Shown here piece by piece: positions 31,551-31,852 of a DNA stretch of 31,852 bases. The notes beneath the pieces are model-generated. The model did not search any database. It was given only the letters and a program-made list of their open reading frames with translations, and was not told the origin of the DNA. Every line of letters begins with the position of its first letter. Within the stretch, counting starts at the first letter, position 1. This DNA is from Piedraia hortae CBS 480.64 (lineage: Eukaryota): assembly GCA_010093745.1 (NCBI GenBank), contig MU005963.1, forward strand, positions 392,217-424,068. Direction: 5' to 3'. A program made the translations under genes and the position numbers.

Positions 31551-31674
31551 TATTATAATTGTGAGCAGATGTGTACCTGCATACAAATCTCTACGGAAAA
31601 CTAGTTGACACGTGAAGTCGAGAGCCGAGCGACGGTTACTAATAATGCGCGTAATATACCGCATATTCACAACA
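31551..31674 (-). mobile_element. LTR-like direct repeat, copy 1 (124 bp; solo-LTR-like)
   Basis: Identical to 31688-31811 except A31610 versus G31747. Minus-strand start TGTTGTGA. No matching target-site duplication seen. Confidence 0.75.
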
Positions 31675-31687
31675 GTAAGTGACCAAA

Positions 31688-31852
31688 TATTATAATTGTG
31701 AGCAGATGTGTACCTGCATACAAATCTCTACGGAAAACTAGTTGACGCGTGAAGTCGAGAGCCGAGCGACGGTTACTAATAATGCGCGTAATATACCGCA
31801 TATTCACAACACTCCCCCTTGCTGATTCGATTCAGCACTCCACGGTGCGCGG
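31688..31852 (-). mobile_element. 3' end of a probable Ty1/copia-type LTR retrotransposon: polypurine tract plus 3' LTR, continuing beyond the window
   Basis: Minus strand reads AAGGGGGAG (31820-31812) immediately followed by TGTTGTGAAT, the typical copia PPT-LTR junction. No coding domain is visible inside the window. Confidence 0.7.

Noticed and set aside
31554..31570. TATAATTGTGAGCAGAT resembles a bacterial -10 box plus lac operator
   Set aside because: Only half the operator matches, no other vector sequence, and it is embedded in the LTR repeat.
31551..31811. CRISPR-like array
   Set aside because: Eukaryotic context; two 124-bp units with a 13-bp spacer do not fit CRISPR geometry.

Overview
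Gene-dense, compact region of a filamentous ascomycete genome (gene content and intron signals suggest Pezizomycotina, probably Dothideomycetes; the taxon is inferred). It holds 17 protein-coding genes, mostly housekeeping: a partial hypothetical protein, FEN1, UBC4, glutaryl-CoA dehydrogenase, ISC1, an S/T-P-rich hypothetical protein, an Emp46/47-type lectin, PHB2, a phosphoribomutase/PGM, a Vps62 with an inserted hevein domain, a TFIIIC triple-barrel protein, a coiled-coil protein, an Srp1-like SR protein, POL5, Bli-3, EMP70/TM9 and NAF1. Fifteen of the 16 introns I could place are 44-54 nt. The window ends in two tandem 124-bp LTR-like repeats, one flanked by a copia-type polypurine tract. 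The best candidates for undescribed biology are: (i) a ~1-kb intergenic stretch (7020-8100) packed with RNA helices, including an H/ACA-like hairpin complementary to the sequence around 25S rRNA U2314 and a three-way junction resembling telomerase CR4/5; (ii) signs of splicing-based autoregulation in the SR-protein gene; (iii) a GC-AG versus GT tandem donor in PHB2; (iv) a Rab11-FIP-like motif in the coiled-coil protein; (v) tandem LTRs 127 bp upstream of NAF1. All structures and exon boundaries were derived by eye and are not computationally or experimentally verified.
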